Assembly (NCBI GenBank): GCA_964016885.1
Contig: OZ024742.1
Location: 139,190,001 to 139,254,000 of the forward strand
Reading direction: 5' to 3'
Source: Eledone cirrhosa
Taxonomy: Eukaryota
Length of the DNA stretch: 64,000 bases
Below, piece after piece: positions 1-13,970 of the stretch (positions are counted from its first letter, which is position 1; each line of letters begins with the position of its first letter). The notes below the pieces were generated by a model. That model was not told where the DNA came from. It searched no databases and was given only the letters and a program-made list of their open reading frames with translations. The position numbers and the translations under genes were made by a program.

Positions 1-696
1 TAACGTTAAAATTAAGCCACTCCTAAAAATAAATATGAACTTTTCAGTTATAACAAATATCTATAGTTTAGTGGATTGTAATATTCATTCATTGACAGCA
101 AGCCATAGATTGTATAGCTAAGCATCGGATTTCTAAACCTGTGAGGTCTCCGAGCCAATACCCCGTGTGTCTATGTTGTAATTCAACCCCATGCGGGATT
201 CCATAAAAAGAATTCGTTAGATGTGCTTGCATTTATGCGTGTTGTTTCCACCTTCGGTTCTACCACTATGTCAGCTTCCTTTATACTATAAGCAATTGGT
301 TTATATGTTAAATATTCTGATGTTCAGCCATACGGATGATGACAACAATGGCGCTTATGGATATACCCTAGAGTTGCTGATAACTACATTTTCGCGTGAT
401 AGCTTTAGTATTTCACAGATCGTATTGCAACTTTACTTATGAGGCTGCGCCAAGTAAGGTTCTTTTAGGGAGGCTGTATACACTATATATTATTCTATCT
501 ACGAAAGAGTAACGGTAAGTCAACTGGCATGTTTGTGAGATATAGAATGGACTCTCCTATCGACAACGACGCATGTTCTTCCAGTTGTTTGAGGAACTGA
601 GCGATCTTCTCGGCAATATTTCGATTTAAATATAACGGAAGTGAAAGAATAAATTTAACAACGTAGATCAAACGCAGACACCTGATTTTATCCACA

Positions 697-1411
<715 letters not shown>

Positions 1412-1420
<9 letters not shown>

Positions 1421-1890
1421 CATATACACACACATACACACACACACATATATACATACACATACATACGCACATACATATATACATATATATATATACA
1501 CATATATACATACACACACATGTACATATACACACCCATATACATATACACACACGCTCTCACATACACACACACACACGCCCACGACCATATAACTTAC
1601 AACATACGCGCCCACAGGCGCCTGCCTACATGCCCTCGTACATCAACTCTCACACGCACGCGCACACACACACACACACATACACAGACACGCATACAAG
1701 GACACACACATGCGTCCGCGTACATCTACACATATACACAAACACGTACAAACACACACACACGCACATACACACGCCTGTCCGTACAAAGAGGCACAAA
1801 GACAGACACGCTTCCAAATACACACATACCACACACATACATATCTATCAATCTATTTATCTATATATATATATATAGAGAGAGAGAGAA
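1412..1890. repeat. Degenerate (CA)/(TA) low-complexity tract
   Basis: Read directly; source of spurious His/Thr-rich ORFs. Confidence 0.9.
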
Positions 1891-1925
1891 ATTACGTGAA
1901 TCAAAGTTCAGTTTGAATCATTTAT

Positions 1926-1974
1926 TTGCTTACAATTGTTTCCTCCAAACCGAGGTTTGGATTCTTCGGAGCAA
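1926..1974 (-). ncRNA. Putative minimal type I hammerhead ribozyme (CCGAAGA core variant)
   Basis: Minus strand reads TTGCT-CCGAAGA-a-TCCAAACC tc GGTTTGGA-g-GAAAC AATT GTA-AGCAA; stems I and II pair, stem III palindromic. Confidence 0.65.
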
Positions 1975-2478
1975 CTATTTAGTGATTTTTTACATACTTG
2001 ACCTCCTTTTCAACACAAGAGACATATAAAAACATATGTATATATTGACCCACAGTGGGTTGACATGCATCATAATAATATAGCATGGCAATTTACATAC
2101 AAAGGTTACATTCATATTAAAGGACAAAATTAAAGTTAAAATTAAAATTAAAATTAAAATAAAACATTGGCAGTTTATGAAGATAAAGCAAGAGGAAAGT
2201 TTAGAGTAGTCAGTGTATGAAACAGTCTCACGTGTGGCATGCACGCGTGTCTTATTTATACAGGATTATAGTGCGGCAGATTGTTACATGTAAAAATAAG
2301 CAGTTACATGTAAAAATAAGCAGTTAAAGCTTGAAAAGGAGGTCAAGTATGTAAAAAATAAGCTTGAAAAAATAAGCTTGAAAAGGAGGTCAAGTATGTA
2401 AAAAATAAGCAGTTACATGTAAAAATAAGCAATTAAAGCTTGGAAAGGAGGTCAAGTATGTAAAAAATCACTAAATAG

Positions 2479-2527
2479 TTGCTCCGAAGTATCCAAACCT
2501 GGGTTTGGAGGAAACAATTGTAAGCAA
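2479..2527 (+). ncRNA. Inverted copy of the same HHR, core mutated (CCGAAGT)
   Basis: Part of inverted repeat 1890-2013 / 2437-2563. Confidence 0.5.
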
Positions 2528-2697
2528 ATAAATGATTTAAACTGAACTTTGATTCACGTAATTACTATATAATTGCTCTGTAAAACAATTGATGTTATTA
2601 CATTGAGGTATTTATCTTACTGGTAATAATTAGAGTTTAAAATATATATAACCATAAAAGGTTTTATTATATACATAACCATAAATAGTATCCTTAA

Positions 2698-2741
<44 letters not shown>

Positions 2742-2815
2742 GTGTATATGTACACACACATAAACGTACTCACCAGTAATCCCTTAGCCTGTTTTAGGTG
2801 CACGTACACACACGC

Positions 2816-2949
<134 letters not shown>

Positions 2950-3242
2950 GCTAATATACATTCAAACAAATACCCACCCAAATACCTCCGTGCCCACGTA
3001 CATCTGCAAAGATACATACACGCACACACATATCTCTGTCCGTACTCAAATGTGATATACTCACAGTCATATAAATCTGCACAAAAGGTCATACAGGGTC
3101 ATCCATGAAAGGATGCATCCTGTTATACATGCACGAGCATAAAAAATGTAACCAAATACATACATCCATACACATACATGCAAGCGTACATACACACATA
3201 TAAATAAATAAATAAGTAAATAGAAAAAAATAAAAATAAAAG

Positions 3243-3305
<63 letters not shown>

Positions 3306-3785
3306 AAAAAAACTAATACAATATACTAAATAAATATACATCAATAAAAAAAACTAATACAATATACTAAAATATACATCTGACGTCATACATTGAAATA
3401 TGTATCTTGTATTAAACATGCACAGATATAAACATTATAATCATATACATACATCCATACACATTCACGTAACACATACATATATATATATATATATATA
3501 TGTAGATAAATCTATCAAAATGTACGGTAGTGTCCAAACCGTATGAAGAACTCAATGTAATCCGAATATCATGAAAAGATAAGATGTATTCCAAAAAAAA
3601 TTTTTAGGTGAAAAATAACGGAAGACAGCATATATATGTGTAGGTATGTATATTCCCCCTGATAGTTTGTAAAAATTTAACATATATCTATAGGATATGC
3701 ATACCAACACTAACATATATATCCTAGAAACGATCGTAAAATGATGAATTGTTTAATATAAGGAACTGAATTCATTATTTTATTA

Positions 3786-3860
<75 letters not shown>

Positions 3861-3941
3861 CGCTTACACATATACACTCATATAAAAACAATAAAATAAA
3901 TATACAATACATCCATACACATTCACGTAACGTATACATAT

Positions 3942-3992
<51 letters not shown>

Positions 3993-4074
3993 GTTATTAC
4001 GGGTTGAATCGGAGGTAACCACAGTAAGTAAGGTACTCAATACATTGCAGAGTATAAAAGTTTTAATATAGATG

Positions 4075-4122
4075 AGATTCTACAGGACTAGAACTGTTTC
4101 ATTCTTTAGAAATCATCAGGAA

Positions 4123-4125
<3 letters not shown>
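4075..4125 (-). ncRNA. Putative type I hammerhead ribozyme
   Basis: Minus strand AGATTC-CTGATGA-tTTCtaaaGAAt-GAAACAG ttctagtc CTGTA-GAATCT; 6-bp stem I, GUA triplet. Confidence 0.65.
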
Positions 4126-4166
<41 letters not shown>

Positions 4167-4187
4167 CATACATATATATATATACAG

Positions 4188-4263
<76 letters not shown>

Positions 4264-4399
4264 AGTGTAATTTTCTACACAAAACGAGGGTTATAGAGAA
4301 AATTGAGGTTGGTAATGGCACATGGAATATATAAGAGACAGAATACTTTTTTGTGAAAAAACATAATTTTATAAGGTAAGGAAATAATAAAGGGTATAA

Positions 4400-4447
4400 A
4401 AAATGACCGGTTTCGATGGGTCTGCAAAAGCCATCTTTTCAAATGTT
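4400..4447 (-). ncRNA. Putative HHR with U3-A8 core (TTGAAAA)
   Basis: Minus strand AACAT-TTGAAAA-GATGG...CCATC-GAAAC CG GTC-ATTTT; stem I has one mismatch. Confidence 0.5.
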
Positions 4448-4720
4448 GATTAATATTAAGAAAGATTAATAATACGAAGAGTTAAAATTTGAGACTTGAA
4501 AATTCAAGTATAAAATTCATTGTGGGATTTCATAGCAGTTTTCATCTTGGTAGCAACAACAGGTTGACTGCTGTGTCCCTTTCTGGTAGTGAATATATAT
4601 ATATGTGTACACATACGCTTACACATATACACTCATATAAAAACAATAAAATAAATATACAATACATCCATACACATTCACGTAACGTATACATATACAT
4701 ATATATATACACACACACAC

Positions 4721-4772
<52 letters not shown>

Positions 4773-5004
4773 ATTTCTATTTATTTGCCACGAGGGCACA
4801 AAAGAAGGGGACATTTACACAGTGGGGGGAGTTTACATAAATCGAGTAAAGAAAAAAGGAATAACAATAATAATATAACAATAAAAAGTCCTCAAAAGGG
4901 AGGGGGCGTGTTGGGGATTGCACATACCCCCGAAAAGTGTGCAACTCTTTTCGCGGGGGAAGCCCAGAGAGGAGGCGCTCCCCCTTTCCTCTTCACTTCT
5001 TCAC

Positions 5005-8000
5005 CTACAGAACAATGTAGAGAGAAGGCCCATTTACACGGGCCATTCTCGCTTCTTTCACCCACCTTTCATAAAACTGTCTGGGACCAAGCACTTCTCT
5101 CTCCATCCTGATTCTTCTTCCGAAGTGGTATCGGAAGAAGTAAACCAGGTGATGGCCGGAGAGAAAGTCACCCGACCTCAGACCTTTCAGGCGCGTCCAC
5201 CACACAACCTCTTTCATCATGGCTATTACGCACAGAAAGACCGCCTCTGCTTCATTTCTGAAGGGAGGAGGCGGCTTGATGTTCACCACAGACTCGGCGG
5301 TTAATCGAATCGGCGCCACACGCGACAGCAGTCGTTCGACGTAGCCCCACAGATCGGCAACGCCCGGGCAGTGTACCAGTGCATGCGCAACGGTTTCCTC
5401 GTCGCGCACGCATCTGGGACAGATCTTTTTCGCGGGATCCCTGCCCGGGCGCCCGTGTCTGTAGAGCTTTTCTCGAACGGGCAGAGCCCCCCGGTAACAC
5501 TGCCAGGCTAGGGACCTCTGGAAGTTGTCCATGGGTCCCGGGCCGAAAGTTCTACCGAACAGGCTGGCCAGTTCGTCCTCCTCCATGCCTAGCGACTCTC
5601 CAAGGGTGTCGTCGCCCCTGCTAGCCACCAACCCTCTATAGAATGTCGAGGTGGATTCTCCACTGACAGTCGGGTCCGCTTGCCAGATAGCCGTGAGCGC
5701 CTGGGCACACTCAGTGTGCCAGTTGCCCAGTTTTCTCGGTCTTTGCTTCACCCAGGATTGCAGTTCGGTGAGCGAGACGAGCTGTGGGAAGGCTCGCCTC
5801 ACAAACGGGGCCCACACCGGCTGACCGTTGAGGAATACCTGTAGATGCCGTAGCCTCAATGCGTGCCTACGCATCAACAGCCACGGCATACCCAGCCCTC
5901 CTTTCGAAGGGTGCTGGCAGCAGATGGATCTCCTCACCATGGGAGGCCGCTTCTTCCAGAGGAACTGGAAGAGCATGCGTTCCATGATGGTGAGCTTTTC
6001 CTTGGGGCAAGGCACGACGGTCAGGCGGTAGTAGATGACGGACGCTATGTAAGCGTTCGTCACCTCCGCCCGACCTTTCAGTGATAGTTTGCACTTGGCC
6101 CACTTCTGGGTCAGCGCAAACACCCTGCTCGTCACCTCGCCCCAATTCTTCTCCACCTGGAGGTCCGGTCCGAACCAGACCCCGAGCAGCTTCACCGGGC
6201 CCTCCGTCCACCGCCCGACGACACCGTCTAACGGCATCGGTTTGCCCCTCCACGTTCCGAGTTGCAAACCGACTGACTTGTCCTGGTTCAGCTTAGCCCC
6301 CGTCAGCCTTTCGTATTCCTCCAGTAGGGTGGCGATCGCCCCGATTTCCGAGGCGTCCGCCACCATTACTGTTACGTCGTCGGCATAGGCCGAGACCGCT
6401 TTGTGCAATCCCGGTTCCAGGGGTATGCCCCGCAGCAACTCCAACTTCCGCAGCAGTGGCTCGAGAGTCAATACGTACAGAAGGGAGGAGAGGGGGCACC
6501 CCTGTCTGATGGATCGGGTGATTTGAAACGGCTCCGAGAGGTAGCCGTTTACTTTAATCCTAGAGTAGATGTTGCCACTGTGCATGGCAGAAATCCAGCC
6601 CCTGAAAACGGGTCCGAAGCCCGCCGCCGCTAGCACCGCATCCAGGTAACCATGGTCGACCCTATCGAACGCCTTAGATTGATCCAAGTTGATCAGGGCC
6701 CCACCAAAGCCGGGTTCGTAGCCAACCCTCTCTATGATGTATCGCATGAGGTGGAGGTTGTCGTGAATGGACCTGGACGGGATAGCGCATGTCTGCGCGT
6801 CTCCCACCAAACCACCCACCACAAGCGCCAACCTCTTCGCCAACACCTTGGCCAAAATCTGTAACTCTGCATTCAGCAGAGTTATGGGCCTAAAGTTACT
6901 TAAGTCGTCCCCCTTGCTCTCGTCCTTCCTCACTAGCGTGACCACGCCCTTGGTCACAGAACAGGGAATTCTCCCGTTCTGTTGCCAGTTGCAATAGACA
7001 GCCTCGAGGAGTTCGGAGAACAAGACCGGCATAGCTAAATAAAGTTCGTATGGTAGACCATCGAGACCCGGGGATTTGCGTCTGCTGCATTGGCTGAGCG
7101 CTTCCCCGATTTCAGTGGCTGTGATTGGCCCTTCGCAGCACTCCGCTTCGCCGCTCGAAAGACGCGGTAGACCGTCGAGGTATGGACCGAAGTCCACATC
7201 CCCGTCCGGCCCCCCGCCACCTCCGAACAGTCGAGCAAAGTGCCTTTGAAAGGTCTCGCACATTCGCTCAGGTTCAAGGATCACCCGTCCATCCTGGTCT
7301 CGCAAAGACCGAATGGTGGATTTAATCCCACTCTTGGCTTCTGTCACGCGGGCCCAGCTAACAGCTTTGGTCCCCTCGTTTCCTAAAGCACGTATTTTAC
7401 TTCGGACAACGCAGCCTTCGTGCTTCGCGTCAAAGAACTGGCTCAATGCCGTTCTCGTCGCTAATACTCTGGCTACGTCTCCGCTCCTAATCGCCTCTTC
7501 TAGTTTATCTGTTAACTCCCTTTCCCTCCTATTTCTATTCGCCGCTAGTTCCTTACTGTAACCTATCGAACTTACTCTAATCTCTCTCTTTAGAGATATC
7601 CACCACCTACTGTTGACGATCGCTCCCGTCAACCGCATCTTAACTAAGCTACTAATCCGGTTTCTGTAATCTTTCTTTGTCGGTAAGGACAAGTTCATCT
7701 TCCAGTAACCGGGACCCTGTCTATGCGTTCTATCAAGGTTGACCACGCAGGTCACTAATTTGTGATCTGAATAGCCAACCATGATCAGTTCTGGACAACT
7801 AAATACGTCCCTATCCTTACTCCTAACCAAAAACCTATCTAGGTACGATCTAGATTGTCCACTGCGGTTTGCCCAGGTCCAGGTTGGCGCAGTTGGACAA
7901 TCTAGTCGAAATCTATCGACCAGGTCGAATCGATCGAGTAACCCCTTGAGGCTGCTACACCCCCCTCTATCGGGACATGCCCCTGCATAGTCCCAACGCG

Positions 8001-8434
8001 CATCTAGGATTCCATTCCAGTCCCCCACTAAAAGCAGGGAACGCGACGTTCCTAGAAAAGTCTCCAGACGTTGGAAGAAGTCGGCTCTCTCCGCCCCGAA
8101 GGGAGCATAAAGACCGACCAGTCTGAAAGCCCCGCCTTCACCACCTCCGACGTCCAGCACCAGTAATCGACCCCCCGGGTCCGAGTGAACAATCTGTACG
8201 TCGAGAGTCAGACGTTTATCCAGCAGTACGGCAACTCCCCCCCCCGCCTCCGGGTTGACAGAGAGATGCGTGCATCTCAAAGTCATCGAAGGCGGGCGCC
8301 AGCTGTCTCACGCTGCTGATCCGACTCTCGCAAACAACCATCACATCTATACTTTGTGACCTGAGGTCACTTAGAAGCTTTGCTTGCTTCCAAGCTGAGC
8401 TCAGGCCACGCGCGTTCAAACAGCCAACTCTCAA
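5005..8434 (-). CDS. Tx1 ORF2: AP endonuclease + reverse transcriptase + C-terminal Cys/His domain; one frameshift in a G9 run (8237-8245)
   Basis: LNARG, GDWN, SDH endonuclease motifs; KSPGLDG, FRPITLLN, DQSKAFD, RQGCPLS, YADD RT motifs; CPRC..ETVAHALVHC. ORF 8216-8434 joins ORF 5005-8286 if one G is removed. Confidence 0.92.
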
Positions 8435-8439
8435 TTGAT

Positions 8440-10307
8440 CTATTTTGGTGTTGAAAGTGAAGAAAGAAAAGCACTTACCTCTCCGGGTTGCGTAATTTCC
8501 ATGGCATCAGGTGTGTTGGGTGGAGGGATGTTTTGTGGTGGTGTGGGGGTACACGTGTGTGGTGGGGTTGGGGTATTTGGAGTTGTGTCAGGGAGAGGGG
8601 CGGTTATGGGGAAATCTTTCAAGAGGACGCGATTCAACGGTTTTAAACAGGGGGGGCTCACGTCCCGTCTAAATTGTTCTTTTAAGGAACGATAAAGGTC
8701 CAGAGGGACCTTTATCATTTTTAAATGGGTGAAGTTCTCTGTTGAGATAAAGTTTGGCCCTTCGGTCTGCACCATAGGGTTATTGTTTATTAATTTAACC
8801 AGTTTTTTGTTTTCTTTATTTATATATGTGTATTGCAACGTCTTTTTTTGTGATGCTGTCAATGTTTCGGAGAGGGGAGGCGCAGATTTATTTTTGTTTG
8901 TTGAGGGTGGGGTGTTTTTGATTGGAGTTGGTGTTTGTGTGTGGGTTATTTGTGGTGTGCTGGGTGTGTGTTTTCTTTTTTTTCTTTTAACTTGTCTGAA
9001 GGCTTCTCCTCCTTCTTCTTCAGAAGTTGGGGGAAACTCTTCAGCGCTAGGTGGGAGGGACGTGTTGTGTGGTTGTTTTTTTTTGCGGGAGGGGTAGATT
9101 TGTTACTGTTTTTTTTATTATTTGTTTGGAATGGGTTTTGTGGTGGTGGTGGTGGTAATGTTTGTGTCGTGCTTGTGGTTGGTAATGGTGGTGGTGATGT
9201 TTGTGTTGTGGTTGGTGGTGGTGATTTTTGTGTCGTGCTTGTGGTTGGTGGTGGTGATTTTTGTGTCGTGCTTGTGTTTGGTGCTGGTGGTGGTGATGTT
9301 TGTGTTGTGTTTGTGGTTGGTGGTGTCTGTATTTTGTTTGCTGTGTGTGGTATTAGTGTATTTTTGGAGGTGGGTGGTGCTGGTGTACTGTTTGTGGTGG
9401 GTGTGGGCAATAGTCCTTTTTGGGGGATACGTTTCGGGCAGTTAGCCTTAACGTGTCCCCTTTCCATGCATAAATAGCATGCTGGTCTTCTCCCCTCTAC
9501 AATTATGTCTATTGGGGTAAGGTCATCCAGCCAGATGCGATCCGGGATTTGTGCTATTCTTTCGGGCCTCATTTGGACTAGTATGTCGAGGCCCATTCCC
9601 AGGAACGCATCTCCAGTTGCCTTCCCCATTGACAGCATAGTGTCTTCGCCCATATCAATGAAGCCAGCAATAGCCCACCAGAAGTCCATTGTGGGCAGCA
9701 TTGTTTTTACTTTTATTCTCTGTGTTCTTCTACCCATGTAGGAGGGATAGAAGCTATATGTTGTCGACGAGAGTGGGCTTAGGGAAAGCTGAACCGCCGT
9801 TTCTTTGTCTCTTGTTAGGACCGAAATGCTGCCATAGAGTCGGTCCTTTCGTATGAAGAGAATATTCTTCATATAGTCTTTTAGGACTAACTCTATTTCC
9901 ATTTGGCTGGGCTGTGCTGGCTTTCTTGACTGGTTTAGTATAGTTCTGTATATAACTGTGTTTTCTGCTCTGGCTTTCTTGAATTCTGGGGGGGAGTTAA
10001 TGGAAAACATTCCGTTCTCCCCCAAAACAATATGTTTCTTTGCTTCGGCCAGTTTTTCTCTGGCGGCAGTTAGGTCAATTGGTGTGTATGTAATGGATTG
10101 CTTTGTTTTCTGGGCGAAAGTTGCCCTGTCGTTATTTGTATTATTTTCTGTTTGTTTGTTTTCTGTTTGCTCATTTTCCTTAACATTTGTTTTTTCATTT
10201 TGTTTGTTTGTTTCAATGTCTAATTTTGTTGTAATTATTTTTTGTTCTTCAGACTTGGGGGGCGTGGCAGAGCTAATGGCAGACATGTCTGCCATCTTTT
10301 CCGCCAT
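8440..10307 (-). CDS. Tx1 ORF1 (gag-like, CCHC zinc knuckle, Pro/Thr-rich repeat); probable frameshift in an A9 run (9076-9084)
   Basis: CYLCMERGHVKANC knuckle; TSTTQKSPPP repeats; ATG at 10307; ORF 8440-8862 continues in a shifted frame up to ORF2. Confidence 0.8.
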
Positions 10308-11088
10308 GCTGCCAAGAAAGAAATTTTTCGGCAAAAATAGATATTTATTTTACCCCCTAAAAAGGGGGTAAATGCAAAAATGTTTCCCTAAATAACAGGG
10401 GTTAGTGTTCCAAATGTGTTGCACTAAAAAATTTATCCGGTACTTACAATAGTAAGGGTAAATCCCGATGGAATAGCGGAGCCGATGCGAAGCGTGTCTT
10501 ACTCTATCAAGATAGATAGATAGATAGATAGATATCTCTACATACACACGCATATATATACACATATACACACACGCCTACGCATATACACACATAAAAA
10601 CAATAAAATAAATCTACAATATATTAAAATTTGCATATAACGTCACATAGTGATATATAATAGAGAGGAGAAAGGAGAAGGTATGTGTATACGTGTAATA
10701 TAGTACATATGGGGAGTATAAGATGCACACTTAGATCTGTGTACGGAACAAATAATGTGTTCCAAAATGGATCACGTGGAGAGTATGTATTCACGATTGA
10801 AAAGGTACATATGCATGGGGGCGCGTAGCCTGGTCATATTGGGATCTGTCACTGCGGTTGGGGTGTGTTGTCCTATAGTTACAAGGTACCTGACTGAGCG
10901 ACCGTGGAATCCAGGTCAACCTGTATCGGCTCAGGCGATGTTCCTGCCTAGGGTGACGTGCAGAGTCGGGTATGCATCTTGGGTTATTTTGGTTTACTCC
11001 ACGGGGCATATAATGTCATCAGGGTATGGTGTCTGATCCCTTGAACCCGTTTCGTCGCTCTGGTCGATGCGTTCTCTTCCGCATGCCT

Positions 11089-13926
11089 TTAGCCTGGGCT
11101 TCCCGGAGGATTCCATGCGGAGAGTGTGCACCTTTTCTGGTGTCTGCAGGTCATGATAATTTCTGATTTCAGGTTGACCGCGTCATCCTTCAGTCTGACT
11201 ATTTCTATGGCCTCGTATAGGCATAGGCTACATTTTCTACTTCCAGCCGAGTATGCATTCGCGTGCCGAACGATACTCCAGTCAAAGGCCTTTGTCTTTC
11301 AGGTCGCACACCAGGTCCGCTAGGCTAGTGGAGTGCCTCTTGCTTCTGTCTTTGAAGGAGATCGTGTGGTTATAAATCCGCGATTTAAAAGTCGTGGATG
11401 TTGCGCCGATGTAGGTGCGCTTTACATTGTGCGTGCTAACCACACATTTGTATACCAGGCCCTTCGTCAGGCATTTTCCCTGTAGGGGAAACTGGGTTCC
11501 CGCTCTGCAGTTAGAAGTTCTGTTGTTATTTTGTTCGCTTCGGAAGCCTGGCCCTCGATCTGCTATGGCCCTCTCACAATTCTCAGGGTGTTGTTCCGCC
11601 GGCACGGTGATCTCCCCCTCGCCACTCGTTCCCACCTGGCGTTGGATCGCATCGCCTTCCGCGGGCGTGGCGGCCGCCTCGGGAGCCGGGCTGCTATTTG
11701 AAGGTAGGTCACCGAGGGGTCCTCCACACTCCGACAGACGGTCGTTCTGCCGCCGCGGTTGACGGTCGATGTTCCCCATCTTTACCGCGTTGGTTTTGGC
11801 CATGTAGTCGGCCATGTTATGTGCTGTGGAGAAGGAAAACTTCACCGTGTGGCGGGTGAAAATCTTGTGGTATTTGTTCGACGACGGGAAGCTCTCGTCT
11901 AACGCTTGGAAAAAAATCCCTGGCACGTTGTTGCGTACATGCTTAGAGTATGGCGCGTTAAACCATGTAACGGCCTTAGATCTAGTCTTGTTCTTTCGTG
12001 TGTGTGTGTAGTCGCGGGAGTGTGCTCTGGGTCTGATGTCCATCTCGGGTTTTCCCCTCCCATAATTACGTCTTCTATGTTGTCTCTATTTGTGTGTCCG
12101 CTGTGGGCGTCAAGGTTGTGCCTATCACTTACTAAGGTATTCCGTTCTATATTGTCGGTTCTACTGTTAGTCACTTTAAAGCTATGTGGTGCTGCTGTCG
12201 GGGCTATACCACTACTACCAGGCCGGGTGCTCTCTCTATCGGATGTCACGGCCGTACTTGTCGTTACCCTGTCCCTAGTCCCATTTACCGCGATGCATGT
12301 AGTGTGCGTGTCGGGCCCATGCCTACGTGTACTTGGTGGTCTAGCTCCCATGCGTGCCTTCGTGCGTCCTACTGTCGCTCTGTGTCATTAAGGTAAACTG
12401 TGTCGCTACTCGTGTTCTTAGAGACTAGTACCGGGTCATTTCTTCTACCTATGGAAGTGACCCCGCTATTGCCGTATCTGCATGCCTCGGCGCTAGGCTC
12501 TTCCCTGTCTGGGGTGTACACTATGCTATCTGTGTAACCGGCCCTGCGCAGTACCTCATTATAATATTCGGCGTGCTGTTTAAACACGTCTGCGTTTTGA
12601 TACCCCTTTAACTATTGCTTCTATGACTGACCTGGGGTGGTTCGATTGCCTGCTCACATATTGCAGGTTCTCATTGGGCTTGTGATAAGGTCGGTGGATG
12701 CCCGTATTCATTTCCAGGGTTACGTCCAGGAAATTCACCGTCTTAGTGCTAGGATCTATCGTCACGGATAAGCCGTGTTGCTTAAAAAAATGTGCTATGC
12801 TCTTCCTCATACGCTCCATCTGGCTGGCGATTAGGGAACGGAAGGTGAAAAGTGCGTCGTCTCTGTATATTCCTCCGCCGATCCCTGGGATCTCCTCCGC
12901 TAACCTATGGAGGAGATAGATCCCCACCAGATCGGTCACCTGCGCCGAGTCGCTCGACCCCATGGTGATATCGAAACTGTCGGGTCTGTCCCTCCTCTCA
13001 CATAACTTGTCTTCGAATCTAACCAGCGTCTTTCTAGCTGCTACTATGAGGTTAGCCTCCTCCCTAGTGAGGTTGGACTTGGCCATGGCGCTCATGAGGG
13101 CCTTGTTCACTATTACAGGGGATACTGACGCGTAGTAATTATCTATGTCTAATTGAATAAAATTTACCTGCTGTTTGCTATCTATTAGCGAGAACCAGTC
13201 AATTACCTCCTTAGTGGAGGTCCATAAGCTAAGCCTAGTTTTGTTTCTAAGTACCGGTAGTATCCTGTCTATGATATTCTTGCTGGTCCTACCTATGTCG
13301 GATTTGGAGGGTGCTATTAACCTAACCGGTAGGTTAGTTCTAAAGTCTAATTTATGATCCTTAAGAGATATCCGAGGTTTTCTAGGTACATATAATTCGG
13401 TCCTATCATCTATTCCTAGCCCGGTCATTATTTTTTTGGTCGTGGCGTTAATGTTATCTAAGTTGTCCTGTCCTGTGGTCCTGTAATTTTTCCTAATCTC
13501 TTTCCCGATGCAGTCGTTGTATGTAAGACGGTCAAGCATGTATACATTACCAGTTTTGTCCGAGGGCACAAGTAAATCCTGGCATTCTTTCATGCTTTTG
13601 ATTGTGGAGCTGAGACTCCTGAGGTATTTCGTATGTCGTGTACTATACCTACGGAACTTGTTGTTACGGACGATGTTGATGATATGATTCTCAAATTCTT
13701 CCAGCTGTGCGTTATGTGGTGGGTGTGGTCTAGATCTAAAGATCCGCTTTAGGTGGTCCTGGGGGATATCAGGTGCGTGTTGTTGTGTCCTTCTGTCGTG
13801 GTGAAATGCGCGCCATCTCATGCGTCTAACGAAAGAGTTGGTGTGGTGTATCAGTAAACACATGTACGTGCTGTCAGACGGGATCGGGATGTCCTTTAGG
13901 TAGGAAGAGTAATTGAATTTTTCCAT
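11089..13926 (-). pseudogene. Penelope-like element ORF (RT + C-terminal GIY-YIG endonuclease), probably Naiad clade, several frameshifts
   Basis: DKTGN, LKDHK, PVRLI, MGS, YRDD, FLDVTL, SNHP RT motifs; WFNAPYS; VYKC...YIGAT...FKSR..NH; frameshifted tail CSLCLYEA...NLKSE..CRH ending at TAA 11089. Confidence 0.9.
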
Positions 13927-13970
13927 GGCGAATCGCTGTAAACGCTCTACTTGTGGAGGAGCCTATTATA

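Larger units (their letters stand above)
4771..10510 (-). mobile_element. Near full-length Tx1/L1-clade non-LTR retrotransposon flanked by (GATA)n on both sides
   Basis: Two-ORF layout (CCHC-knuckle ORF1; APE-RT-Zn ORF2); AATAAA near the 3' end; (TAGA)n at 4722-4770 and 10511-10532. Confidence 0.93.

Noticed and set aside
5252-7990. Overlapping and antisense ORFs within the Tx1, PLE, CRE and Gypsy elements
   Set aside because: Shadow frames of GC-richer TE coding sequence
11010-11060. Type II HHR downstream of the PLE stop (GAAAC...CTGATGA on minus)
   Set aside because: Stem II does not pair and stem I overlaps the core
11282-11284. Selenocysteine UGA in the Naiad-like ORF (some Naiads are reported to encode selenoproteins)
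   Set aside because: The TGA is not at a Cys position and the conserved C-terminus continues in another frame, so it is a frameshift; no convincing SECIS seen
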